DNA of 64,000 nt from an uncultured Gemmatimonadales bacterium (GTDB lineage Bacteria > Gemmatimonadota > Gemmatimonadetes > Longimicrobiales > RSA9). The notes under the pieces are model-generated. The model was not told the origin of the DNA, searched no databases, and was given only the letters and a program-made list of their open reading frames with translations. Positions within the stretch are counted from its first letter, which is position 1, and the number at the start of each line of letters is the position of its first letter. The stretch covers positions 800,001-864,000 of the forward strand of contig CAWFKH010000003.1 in NCBI GenBank assembly GCA_963816355.1, read 5' to 3'. Shown here piece by piece: positions 17,898 through 26,933 of this stretch. Both the position numbers and the translations under genes were made by a program.

Positions 17898-19559
17898 ATG
17901 CTGCTCGAACTCCGCATCGAGAACTTCGCGGTCATCGACGCGCTCGCGCTCCGCTTCGAGCCGGGCCTCACCGTCCTCACCGGTGAGACCGGGGCGGGGA
18001 AGTCGATCATCGTCGGCGCGCTCGGCCTTCTCCTCGGCGAGCGCGCGAGCGCCGACGTGGTGCGGCCGGGCGCGGCCCGCGCGGTCGTCGAGGCGGTCTT
18101 CGACATCGCCGATCACGACGTCGTGCTCGCGCGGCTCCGCGAACAGGGGATCGACGCCGACGAAGGTCTGCTGATCCTGCGGCGCGAAGTCGCCGCCGAA
18201 GGTCGCAACCGCGCCTGGGTCAACGGCGCCGCCGCGACCGCGACGCTCGTGGGCGAGCTCGGCGGCCTCCTCGTGGACCTGCACGGGCAGCACGAGCACC
18301 AGACCCTTCTCCACGGCGAGGCACAGCGCAGCATCCTCGACGCGTACGCCGGCGCCGTGGACGTGGCCGCCGCGCTGCGCGACGCCTTCTCCGCCTGGCG
18401 CACCGCCGACGCCGAACTCGCCGCGTTCGAGGCGCGGAGCCGTGCGGTGGCCGAGCGTGCGGACTCGCTTCGCTTCCAGGCGGAGGAGATCGAAGCCGCC
18501 CGGCTCGAGGAGGACGAGGAGCGTGCCCTAGCCGACCGGGTGCGTCGTCTCGAGCACGCCGAGGAGCTCGCTTCGCTCGCCGCGGGGCTGCACGACGAGC
18601 TCTATGCGTCGGAGCGGGCGCTGGCCGCGCGCCTCGCCGCCGCGCGCCGCCAGCTCGAGCGCATGCTCCGCATCGATCCGGCGGAGTCCAGCGCCGCCGA
18701 GCTCCTCGAGTCGGCCTATTACGCCATCGAGGAGGCGGGCCGCCGCCTGGGCGACTACGCTGCCTCGATCGAGTACGATCCGGGCGCACTGGAGGCGCTG
18801 CGGGAGCGGCAGGGCGTTCTCTTCCGTCTGTTCCGGAAGTACGGCCAGTCGAGCGACGAGGTGATCGAGGCGGGTCGGCGAGCGCGCGCCGAGCTGGATA
18901 CGCTCGAGGGCGGTCGCCTGTCGCGGAAGCAGCTCGAGCGGAGCGCGGCCGAGGCGCGGAGCGCGGTGGAGAGCCTCGCCGAACGGTTGAGCGCGGCGAG
19001 GGTCGAGGCCGCCGCCCGGCTCGCCGAAACGGTGAGCGCGATGCTCCCCGGCCTCGGGCTGCCGGAGGGGAGTCTGGTGGTCGCGCTCCCGGCGCTACGG
19101 GAGATCGGGCCGGCCGGCGCCGAGGACGTCGAGTACCGCGTGACGCTGAACCGCGGCTTCGAGCCGCGGCCGCTGGCCCGCGTCGCTTCCGGCGGCGAGC
19201 TCTCTCGCGTCATGCTGGCCATCAAGGCGGTGCTGGCCCGCCTCGACGCGGTGCCGTCTCTGGTGTTCGACGAGATCGATGCGGGCATCGGCGGTCGCGC
19301 CGCCAACGAGGTGGCGGCGACGCTACGCGCCGTCGCCGCCGATCACCAGGTCTTCGTGATCACCCACCTCGCTCAGATCGCGGCCCGCGCGGACCACCAC
19401 GTGCGCGTCGACAAGGCGGTTTCCGACGGAAGCGCGGCGACACGCGTCGTCACGCTGGAGGGAGACGCGCGCGTCGCGGAGCTGGCCCGCATGCTCGGCG
19501 CCGATCCGGAGAGCGAGGCGAACGTCGAGCGCGCACGTGAGCTGCTCGACGTCCGCTGA
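17898..19559 (+). CDS. recN: DNA repair protein RecN
   Basis: TGETGAGKS, LHGQHEH, ASGGELSR, FDEIDAGIGG, ITHLAQIA. Confidence 0.96.
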   Translation: MLLELRIENFAVIDALALRFEPGLTVLTGETGAGKSIIVGALGLLLGERASADVVRPGAARAVVEAVFDIADHDVVLARLREQGIDADEGLLILRREVAAEGRNRAWVNGAAATATLVGELGGLLVDLHGQHEHQTLLHGEAQRSILDAYAGAVDVAAALRDAFSAWRTADAELAAFEARSRAVAERADSLRFQAEEIEAARLEEDEERALADRVRRLEHAEELASLAAGLHDELYASERALAARLAAARRQLERMLRIDPAESSAAELLESAYYAIEEAGRRLGDYAASIEYDPGALEALRERQGVLFRLFRKYGQSSDEVIEAGRRARAELDTLEGGRLSRKQLERSAAEARSAVESLAERLSAARVEAAARLAETVSAMLPGLGLPEGSLVVALPALREIGPAGAEDVEYRVTLNRGFEPRPLARVASGGELSRVMLAIKAVLARLDAVPSLVFDEIDAGIGGRAANEVAATLRAVAADHQVFVITHLAQIAARADHHVRVDKAVSDGSAATRVVTLEGDARVAELARMLGADPESEANVERARELLDVR

Positions 19560-19607
19560 GGGCGGCGCCAGCGCGGGCGGCGGGGGGCGGCCGCCGCCGC
19601 TCGGGAA

Positions 19608-22400
19608 TCAGAAGCCGTACTTGAGCTGCAGGACCGCCATGCGGCCGAACGTCGGGACGCCCGGGAAGCTCTGGTACGACGTGTCGAAGATGTTCTGCAC
19701 CGAGAGCTGCAGTGCCGCCTGACGGGGCCCCGAGAGCGCGTAGCCGAGGGTCAGGTCGGCCAGCGTGTACTGCTTCACGCACGGATCCGTGACGAACTCG
19801 CCCTCGTTGATGCACGCGGTGCCGTTGTAGACACCGGACTGCACGGGAAAGCGCGAGTTGAAGCGTACCCGCGCGTCTCCGCTCAAGCCGCCCCTGCCCG
19901 CCTCGCGATAGATCAGCTCGACGCTTCCCTTGCGCTTCGGCGCGTTCAGCGTGACGAGCCCGACCTTGTCGGTGTCGAAGTGGTCCTTGTTGACGAAGGA
20001 GACGGTGCCGCGCAACGACCAGTTGTCGGTCAGCAGGGCGGTCGCGCCGATGTCCGTCCCCCACAGGTCGATCGACTCGTCCACGTTCGTGTAGGTGGCG
20101 AGGAGCTGCGCGCCCGTGGCGTCGACCTCGGGCGACGTGATGACGCCGAGCGGCACCTGCGCGAGCCCGGTCGCGAGCTGCGTAGCGGTCGCGATCGCCT
20201 CCTGCTGCGACATGCCGAGGTCCTGAATCAGGTGCGGCACGAGGAAGGCCGCCAGGTCCTGGCCGTTCATCGTCAGCAGGGGCGTCGTCACCGTGAGCGG
20301 CGTCACGAGCTGCTTGCGCCGCTCGAACCAGAGGTCGGCCGAGAGCGAGAGCCGGTTCGCGATGACGCCGCGGTATCCGCCCTCGACCGTCGAGTTCAGC
20401 GATTCCCGGATCGGTGCGATGTCCGGCAGCGCCAGCCCCTGGACCGGGACCGGCTGCCCCTGCACGATCGCCATGGTGCCCACGTCGGCCGCGCTCGGGT
20501 GGAGCTGCGACAGGTACTGCGCCAGGTCCGCCGGGATCTTGCCCGCCTTCGCCAGCGCGCCCACCGCGGCCGGGAAGAACGGCGCGACATCGGCCGGGAT
20601 CGACGAGCTCGGGCCGCCGAGTACGGACGGCACGCGCATCAGGTAGCCGCCGCCCGGCTGCTGGAAGTGGAAGCCGGTCGTACCGGTGCCCTGCACGCGG
20701 ACGCTGAAGCCGAGCGCCGCCGCATTCGGATCCGGAATCGCGGTCGCCAGGTCGAGGAACTGGTTCAGCGACGTCGGCGTCGAGAACGCGCGGTTGTACG
20801 TGATGCGGAACGACTGGTCCTGGAGCGGCTTGAAGACGAGCGCGGCGCGCGGCGAGAAGATCGCGTCCGGCAGGGCGGAGTGGTGGTCGACGCGGCCGGC
20901 GAGGACGAGTTCGAGGCGGGGCGAGAGCGTCGTCTCCGACTGGACGTAGCCGCCCACTTCGGTGGTCTGGTCCTCGTTCTCGTACTTCCCGTTGATCGTC
21001 CCCTCGGTGCGGGGATCGGTGTAATAGTAATCGAAGCCGTAGGTGAACTTCTGGCGCGCGTCCCACAGGGCCAGGCCGTGCTGGATCTGCGCCACCCACA
21101 GCCGGCTGTGGTCGACGATCGGCTGGCCGGTGCGCAGCAGGTAGGTGTCGCCGGCGTCGCTCGTGTTCAGGTACACCTGGCCGAAGAGCGAGCCCAGGTT
21201 CGCCCGCGCCTGGTAGTAGCTGTAACGCCAGTCCTTCGCCTGCCCCGCGCCCAGTCCCGTCAGCTCGATGCCGCTTCCCTCCAGCGAAGTGCCGGCCTGG
21301 AACACGGCCGTGAGTCGATCGGTCGCCTGCCAGTCCAGCCGGCCGTCCGCGCTCCACCGCTCGATCGCGTTGTCCCGCGTCCCGATCAGGGCGATGCGCC
21401 GATTCGCCTCCGCCACCGCCGCGGCGTCGCCGCCGAGGGCCAGAATGAGGTTCTGCCGGAAGACCGGGTTGTCCTGGAACTTCTGCCGCTCGCTCACCTC
21501 GACGGGGTCGATGAACGGGAACTCATTCGCCGTCGTGTACTGTCCCGACACCTTGAAGCCGACGCGGTCGCCCAGCCGCTGCGCCGTGCGGCCGCTGATC
21601 TGGAACAGGCTCTGGTCCCCGCCCTCCACGGCGAGCGAGGTCCCCTGCTCCGCGAGCGGCGACTTGGTGATGAAGTGCAGCACGCCGTCCGCCGTGTTCG
21701 GACCGTAGAGCGCCGAGCCGGGCCCGAGCACCACCTCGATGCGCGATAGATCCTCGCTCGTCGTCGGGATGAAGTGCATGACGTTGACGCGCAGCGACGG
21801 CACGCTCGCCAACCGGTAGTCCGTCAGCATGTGCAGCGCGCCGGAGAAGATGTTGTTGAAGCCACGCACGACCACGTTCGTCGACTGCACGCCCTGCGTG
21901 ATGATGTCCACGCCCGGCGTGGAACGGAGGTACTGCGCCGGCGTCACGACCGGCCGTGATTCGATCTCGCGCTGCCCGATCACGGACACGGATGCGGGCG
22001 CGTCCGTCGCCTTCTGCGCCTTCTTGGATGCGGACACGACGACCGGGTTGAGCGCGAACGCGGCGATCTTGAGCTGGATCGACGTGATGGTGGTCTGGCC
22101 CGCCACGACGCGCACGGCGGCCGCGCGCTGAGACTGGTAGCCGACCATGTCGACCTGCAGGGAATAGCTGCCCGGGGCAAGAGCGTCGATGCGGAACGCG
22201 CCGTCCGCCGCCGTGGCCGACTGTCCCGCGACCGTGTTGCCGACGGCGATCGCGCTCACCAGCGCGCCGTCCAGTCCCTTCCCGGACTCTGCATCCGTCA
22301 CCCGGCCGGTCACCGAGCCGGTCTGCGCGGACAGGGGAGCTACGACGAGGGCCACCCCGAAGAGGGCGGCGATGGCGCGCTTCGCCAATCGTGACGGCAT
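19608..22400 (-). CDS. TonB-dependent receptor with N-terminal carboxypeptidase-regulatory-like domain
   Basis: Signal peptide, VVVSAS, RIEVVLGPGSALYG plug motif, barrel ending VQNIFD...LKYGF; ATG at 22400 after GAGGAAGAG. Confidence 0.92.
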   Translation of the reverse strand: MPSRLAKRAIAALFGVALVVAPLSAQTGSVTGRVTDAESGKGLDGALVSAIAVGNTVAGQSATAADGAFRIDALAPGSYSLQVDMVGYQSQRAAAVRVVAGQTTITSIQLKIAAFALNPVVVSASKKAQKATDAPASVSVIGQREIESRPVVTPAQYLRSTPGVDIITQGVQSTNVVVRGFNNIFSGALHMLTDYRLASVPSLRVNVMHFIPTTSEDLSRIEVVLGPGSALYGPNTADGVLHFITKSPLAEQGTSLAVEGGDQSLFQISGRTAQRLGDRVGFKVSGQYTTANEFPFIDPVEVSERQKFQDNPVFRQNLILALGGDAAAVAEANRRIALIGTRDNAIERWSADGRLDWQATDRLTAVFQAGTSLEGSGIELTGLGAGQAKDWRYSYYQARANLGSLFGQVYLNTSDAGDTYLLRTGQPIVDHSRLWVAQIQHGLALWDARQKFTYGFDYYYTDPRTEGTINGKYENEDQTTEVGGYVQSETTLSPRLELVLAGRVDHHSALPDAIFSPRAALVFKPLQDQSFRITYNRAFSTPTSLNQFLDLATAIPDPNAAALGFSVRVQGTGTTGFHFQQPGGGYLMRVPSVLGGPSSSIPADVAPFFPAAVGALAKAGKIPADLAQYLSQLHPSAADVGTMAIVQGQPVPVQGLALPDIAPIRESLNSTVEGGYRGVIANRLSLSADLWFERRKQLVTPLTVTTPLLTMNGQDLAAFLVPHLIQDLGMSQQEAIATATQLATGLAQVPLGVITSPEVDATGAQLLATYTNVDESIDLWGTDIGATALLTDNWSLRGTVSFVNKDHFDTDKVGLVTLNAPKRKGSVELIYREAGRGGLSGDARVRFNSRFPVQSGVYNGTACINEGEFVTDPCVKQYTLADLTLGYALSGPRQAALQLSVQNIFDTSYQSFPGVPTFGRMAVLQLKYGF

Positions 22401-22521
22401 CTCTTCCTCTCGGCGTCGGATCAAGGGGGCTCGCGGCGCGGGCCCCGTCGGTCGGTTCGTTGCCACGCTTCCCGGACCGCCCCCCGGCAGGATCGGCGGG
22501 AGGGGGGACGGGTGTGCTGGC

Positions 22522-22551
22522 AAGATACCGGCGCCGTGAAGAAGAGGTCAA
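22522..22551 (-). promoter_or_regulatory. Sigma70 promoter for the TonB-dependent receptor
   Basis: TTGACC-18 nt-TATCTT on the minus strand. Confidence 0.55.
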
Positions 22552-22593
22552 GAAATCTTCGTACCGCCACCCGGTTTGGGCCTCCACCCCGCC

Positions 22594-22622
22594 TTGACGC
22601 GTTCCGCGGCCCCGCCTAGCTT
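22594..22622 (+). promoter_or_regulatory. Sigma70 promoter for tRNA-Gly/tRNA-Cys
   Basis: TTGACG-17 nt-TAGCTT, ending 12 nt before tRNA-Gly. Confidence 0.65.
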
Positions 22623-22634
22623 CCCCTCCTGCGT

Positions 22635-22707
22635 GCGGGAATAGCTCAGTTGGTAGAGCGCCACGTTGCCAACGTGGAGGTCGCCGGTTCGAACCCGGTT
22701 TCCCGCT
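22635..22707 (+). tRNA. tRNA-Gly(GCC)
   Basis: GCGGGAA/TTCCCGC acceptor stem, CCACG-TTGCCAA-CGTGG anticodon arm, GGTTCGAAC T loop; CCA not encoded. Confidence 0.97.
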
Positions 22708-22747
22708 CTCGACGCGGGCGGGAGCCTCCTCGCCCCTTTTTGTTTCC

Positions 22748-22818
22748 GGCCCCGTAGCCAAGTGGTAAGGCGGAGGTCTGCAAAACCTCTATCGGCGGTT
22801 CGAATCCGCCCGGGGCCT
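22748..22818 (+). tRNA. tRNA-Cys(GCA)
   Basis: GGCCCCG/CGGGGCC acceptor, GAGGT-CTGCAAA-ACCTC anticodon arm, GGTTCGAATC. Confidence 0.97.
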
Positions 22819-22840
22819 CTTACATCCTCCAGGACTCCCC

Positions 22841-23362
22841 ATGTCTTTCGAACCGCCGCCCCCCGACATCGTGGAACGGCTGGCGCGTCACCGCACCGTG
22901 GGCGGCGCGCCCCGTGCCGAACTCGAATGGCTCGCCGCCCACGGCCGCATGCGCCGCCTGGCCGCCGGGGAGTACCTCGCCCGCCGCGGACAGTCCGTCG
23001 AGGACACCGGCTTCGGACTCGAGATCGTGCTGAGCGGCCGGTTCGCGATCCACGTCGACCGCGGCGCCGGATCGCGACGCGTCATGGAGTGGCAGGCGGG
23101 AGACGTCTCCGGCATCCTCCCCTTTTCACGCATGGCGGCGACGCCGGGCGACACGATCGCGGACGCGCCGGTGGAGACGCTCTCGCTCCACCAGCGCGAC
23201 TTCCCGGACCTGATCCGCGAATGTCCTGAGCTCACGGCGACCTTCGTCCACGTGATGATCGATCGCGCGCGCGTCTTCAATCGCCTCACCCTGCGGGCGC
23301 CAGCATCGCGCCCAGCGCGCCCTGCGCGGACACACTCTCGTCGGCGGCGGGCGCGGCGCTGA
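22841..23362 (+). pseudogene. Cyclic-nucleotide-binding-like domain protein, probably a truncated sensor
   Basis: cNMP-like fold (AGEYLARRG, IVLSG, GDVSGILPFSRM) ends at MIDRARVFN; the frame then runs 77 nt antisense into the GGDEF gene as an Arg/Pro-rich tail. Confidence 0.5.
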
Positions 23363-24203
23363 CGCGGACGCAGTTGCGCCCGTGGCTCTTCGCCTTGTAC
23401 AGCGCGAAGTCCGCGGCGGCGATCAGGTCGTCGACCGTGCGCACCCCCGGCGCGAACGTGGCGACGCCGGCGCTCACCGTCACGCGGCCCGTCGCCGGCT
23501 GCTTCCGCTCGAGTGCGTTGCGCACCCGCTCGACGAACACGAGCGTCCCCTCCACTCCCGCGCCGGACACGATCGACAGGAACTCCTCGCCGCCCACGCG
23601 GGCCGACAGGTTCATGCGGCGGGTGCAGTCGTCGAGCGCCGCCGCGAAGGCGCGCAGGGCGTCGTCGCCGGCCTGGTGGCCGTGCACGTCGTTGTACGCC
23701 TTGAAGTGGTCGATGTCGAAGAGCACCACGGAGAGCGGCCGGCCGCGTATCGCGGCCGCGAACTCGCGGTCCAGGATCATCCGCGCGTAGCGGCGGTTCG
23801 GCAGCCGCGTGAGGTCGTCGGTCAGCGCCAGCGCATGCGCGCGCGCCCGCTCCCTGTGCAGCGCCTCCGCCATCCAGCCGATGCCGAGGCAGAGCCCTAT
23901 GAAGAGCGCCACCAGCGTGAACAGCAGCGGCCACGAGATCGCCGGGCCGCCGCGGTAGTTCGCCACCGCCTGCGTCACCGACAGCGTGGCCATCCCCGCC
24001 GCCAGCGCCGTGGCTGCGCCGCGCCAGCCGCGGTGATAGGCGAGCAGGAAGGCGGGCACGAGAGCCAGCAGCCACAACAGGATCTCGTACTCCTGACCGC
24101 CGTCCGAGCCGAAAAAGCTGTTCGTGACCGGGATCGCCAGCGCCGCGGCCGAGATCACCACGGAACGCACGGGAACGTGCTCGATTTCCCACAACTCGCC
24201 CAT
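23286..24203 (-). CDS. Membrane-bound diguanylate cyclase
   Basis: About four TM segments, TDDLTRLPNRR, DIDHFKAYND, GHQAGD, RVGGEEF; no RxxD I-site (RRMN). Confidence 0.92.
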   Translation of the reverse strand: MGELWEIEHVPVRSVVISAAALAIPVTNSFFGSDGGQEYEILLWLLALVPAFLLAYHRGWRGAATALAAGMATLSVTQAVANYRGGPAISWPLLFTLVALFIGLCLGIGWMAEALHRERARAHALALTDDLTRLPNRRYARMILDREFAAAIRGRPLSVVLFDIDHFKAYNDVHGHQAGDDALRAFAAALDDCTRRMNLSARVGGEEFLSIVSGAGVEGTLVFVERVRNALERKQPATGRVTVSAGVATFAPGVRTVDDLIAAADFALYKAKSHGRNCVRVSAAPAADESVSAQGALGAMLAPAG

Positions 24204-24254
24204 GGGGCCTTCCGTTGTCCGTCGTCGTCGTGGAATCGCCATGCGCGCGGTCGA

Positions 24255-24270
24255 AGCCATTTTCGTGCCG
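24255..24270 (-). promoter_or_regulatory. Putative sigma54 promoter of the GGDEF gene
   Basis: CGGCACGAAAATGGCT (GG-N10-GC); IHF-like TGTCAACGACTTG at 24290-24302. Confidence 0.45.
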
Positions 24271-24464
24271 AATACCCGATCTTACATGGTGTCAACGACT
24301 TGGCCTCCGCGGAGCGGTCTCGATTCCGCTACAATTTGCGCGGTCGAGTAACGAATTGGCCGGCTGCCGCCGGACGCGGCTGGTACGGCCGTTCCGCGCG
24401 CGATGGCGTGGGTGGCGAGCGCCGGAACGTCGGGGCCGCAGGCGTCGTTTGCGCATCCCAAGCG

Positions 24465-24480
24465 GGGAACAGAAATTGCA
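24465..24480 (+). promoter_or_regulatory. Putative sigma54 promoter
   Basis: GGGAACAGAAATTGCA (GG-N10-GC), ~60 nt before GTG 24542. Confidence 0.45.
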
Positions 24481-24541
24481 CCCGGCCGGTCGGGCGAATC
24501 CCGCCCTTCGACGACATCGCCGACGAGGAGGACACGCCTTC

Positions 24542-25177
24542 GTGAAGAACCCCTTCGCCTCCAGCAACCTGTCGGATGCTGCGCGACGCCGCGTCGATCT
24601 GGCGGTCGCGATGGCGCAGGAGCGGCTGCTCAACACCCACGTGGAGCACGCGCTCGGGCTGATCGACCTGGTCGGAGACCAGATCGCGTTCGACTCTGCG
24701 TTGGACATCTATACGCGGCTGCTGCGGCTGTCGGAGGACGAGGCGCGCATCGTGACGACGCAGACGCTGGCGCGCCTCGGCGAGCGGTCGGAACAGACCG
24801 GGCTCGACACGGCGGAGCTGCTGGCGGCCGACGACGCCGATCCGGCGCGCGACCGGCGATCGATCCTCGAGAACCTGCGGCAGCGCATGCGCGGCCGCGT
24901 GCACGACGACCTGCGACGGCTGATCGAGCTGCAGGCCGCCCGGGCCGAGGTCGCGGTGCTCGAGACGCACGTCGAGAACTCGCTCCATTTCTGCGAGATC
25001 CTGCGCGAGGAGATCGCCGCGAACGAAGCCGTCGAGCTCTATCTCGAGGCGCTCGAGGTGCGGGACAGCATCGCCGAGGTGGTCTACTATTTCTCGCTCG
25101 CGCGGATCGGCGAGAAGCAGATCGCGCGCCTGCGCGCCCACGAAACGCCGCAGCCGCCCTCCTCCCGCAGTCGCTGA
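24542..25177 (+). CDS. Hypothetical helical protein with internal duplication
   Basis: GTG after GAGGAGG; GC3-biased frame; two similar halves each containing THVE. Confidence 0.7.
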   Translation: MKNPFASSNLSDAARRRVDLAVAMAQERLLNTHVEHALGLIDLVGDQIAFDSALDIYTRLLRLSEDEARIVTTQTLARLGERSEQTGLDTAELLAADDADPARDRRSILENLRQRMRGRVHDDLRRLIELQAARAEVAVLETHVENSLHFCEILREEIAANEAVELYLEALEVRDSIAEVVYYFSLARIGEKQIARLRAHETPQPPSSRSR

Positions 25178-25266
25178 GCATCGGTCGTCAGCGGCGACGG
25201 CGTTTCGAAGCCCTTTGGCCGGGGGCGGCCACGCCCCCCCTCGCCACGTCCGCCGTAAATGGTTCC

Positions 25267-25282
25267 GGGTACGGCTCTTGCA
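25267..25282 (+). promoter_or_regulatory. Putative sigma54 promoter of the outer-membrane protein gene
   Basis: GGGTACGGCTCTTGCA (GG-N10-GC). Confidence 0.45.
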
Positions 25283-25459
25283 CGAGCGAGCCGCGGTCGC
25301 TGCCCGTCTTTGTGACGGCGATGTGCTCGGCCGCGCCCACTGAACCGTTGACTTCGGCGCGGCTGGTGTGGATTCTGCAGGCGGGGGGTGAAGGACCGGC
25401 GCGGTTGGACGCGGCTCCGACGCGGCGCCAACTACACCTGATGAGGAGGAGTGGAGGCA

Positions 25460-26800
25460 ATGAAACGTGCTCGTTTGGCGGTATCCGCAGCCGCATTCCT
25501 TGTGTTCGCGTGGGCCGGACACGCGAATGCGCAGCAATACAGGTTCGATTTCGGCCTGAAGGGCGGTTTCTCCTGGATGTCGGCGATGCTGAACGAAGGG
25601 CAGCTCGGAACCGACGAAGCCAGTGTTCGTTTCAAGCCGGGTTGGAGGGCCGGCGCCGATGCCACGCTCTGGCTGAGCAACCGCTTCGGGGTCCGGGCGA
25701 ACTTCGGCTACACGGATCGCGAGGTGAAGCAGGCGGATGCCGTGCTCGCGAACGCGATCAATCTGTGGGATGGCACCGGTGACCTGATCATCCGTCTCAC
25801 CTCTGTCCCGGACGCTTTCGACGGAACGCAGTTCCTGCCGTACCTCGCCCTCGGTGCCGGGGCCAAGTGGATCAACCCTGCCGAGAACACGGGCGTCAAC
25901 AACAGCGACGTGAGCGGCGCGGTCCTCAACCCGGTGACGACGAACAACACCGGGCCTTACTTCCTCGAACACAAGACGAAGTTCCAGGTGCTGGCCGGGA
26001 TCGGAGCCCTGGTCCGCGTGTCGCGCGCCTTCGGCATCAGCCTCGAGGCGGGGGACCGGATCTGGGACGCTCCGGTCGACCTGCTGATCCCATCCGCGGG
26101 CGGCTTCTCGGCCTTCCCGCCCGGGAACGAGGATGTCGGCAATCACGTCAACGAGATCTACGGTGAGGTCGGACTGCACGCGCTGTTCGGCGTGAAGGAA
26201 GCGGCGCCGCAGGTGGTCGTCGCGCCGCCGCCGCCGCCGGAAGCCCCGGCTCCGCCGCCGCCGCCGGCTCCGACCGAGCGGGACATCTCGGTGTGCGTGG
26301 TGGATCCGACGACGGCTACGGGCACGCGCATGGTGGATGCGACGCTCGTGATCGCGAGCAACGACACGTTGGTGACGGTGAACGGCGAGCGGCAGCCGCT
26401 CTCCTCGACCGTGACTGGCGTCATGCTCGCGCCGCAGGCGGATTGGTACGTCGCGGGCCAGCCTCTGGCGTTCACGTCGAACCGGCGTCGCGTCGAGTTC
26501 GTGACGTACGGTGTGCCGCGCACGATCGACGCGGACCAGGTCGTGTTGATCGGGACCGTCAACGGTCTGCCGGTCTACGCGGCGACGCAGGATCTCGACA
26601 GTGCGGACCAGTGGCGGCAGGTCGTCGGTGCGGCGACCGATCGTGATCTGGTGACGCTGCTCAAGAACAATCCGAACCTGCGGCCTTCGTTCGAGAAGCT
26701 GCAGCTGGCCTACGTTCCGGTCGCGTCGACGGGCTGCGTCTTCCAGGGCCTCCAGCGTGTCGAGGAGGTGCGGAAGTCGAGGGGCGAAGAGCAGCGCTGA
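25460..26800 (+). CDS. Outer-membrane beta-barrel protein with Pro linker and unfamiliar C-terminal domain
   Basis: Signal peptide (AHA/ANA-type cleavage), amphipathic strands (PYLALGAG), APPPPPEAPAPPPPPAP linker; ATG after GGAGG. Confidence 0.75.
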   Translation: MKRARLAVSAAAFLVFAWAGHANAQQYRFDFGLKGGFSWMSAMLNEGQLGTDEASVRFKPGWRAGADATLWLSNRFGVRANFGYTDREVKQADAVLANAINLWDGTGDLIIRLTSVPDAFDGTQFLPYLALGAGAKWINPAENTGVNNSDVSGAVLNPVTTNNTGPYFLEHKTKFQVLAGIGALVRVSRAFGISLEAGDRIWDAPVDLLIPSAGGFSAFPPGNEDVGNHVNEIYGEVGLHALFGVKEAAPQVVVAPPPPPEAPAPPPPPAPTERDISVCVVDPTTATGTRMVDATLVIASNDTLVTVNGERQPLSSTVTGVMLAPQADWYVAGQPLAFTSNRRRVEFVTYGVPRTIDADQVVLIGTVNGLPVYAATQDLDSADQWRQVVGAATDRDLVTLLKNNPNLRPSFEKLQLAYVPVASTGCVFQGLQRVEEVRKSRGEEQR

Positions 26801-26824
26801 CGACGCTCTTCACTGCACGATCAC

Positions 26825-26864
26825 CGAACGGCGTCCGGCCCTTGCCGGGCGCCGTTCGTCGTTT
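26825..26864 (+). terminator. Rho-independent terminator-like hairpin
   Basis: CGAACGGCGTCCGGC-CCTT-GCCGGGCGCCGTTCG followed by TCGTTT. Confidence 0.65.
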
Positions 26865-26933
26865 CACACTCCCGCGGGAGCGTGACCGGCCGCCGCGCCC
26901 CCGCGCAACATCTACGGAGTCGGGAAGCCACGC

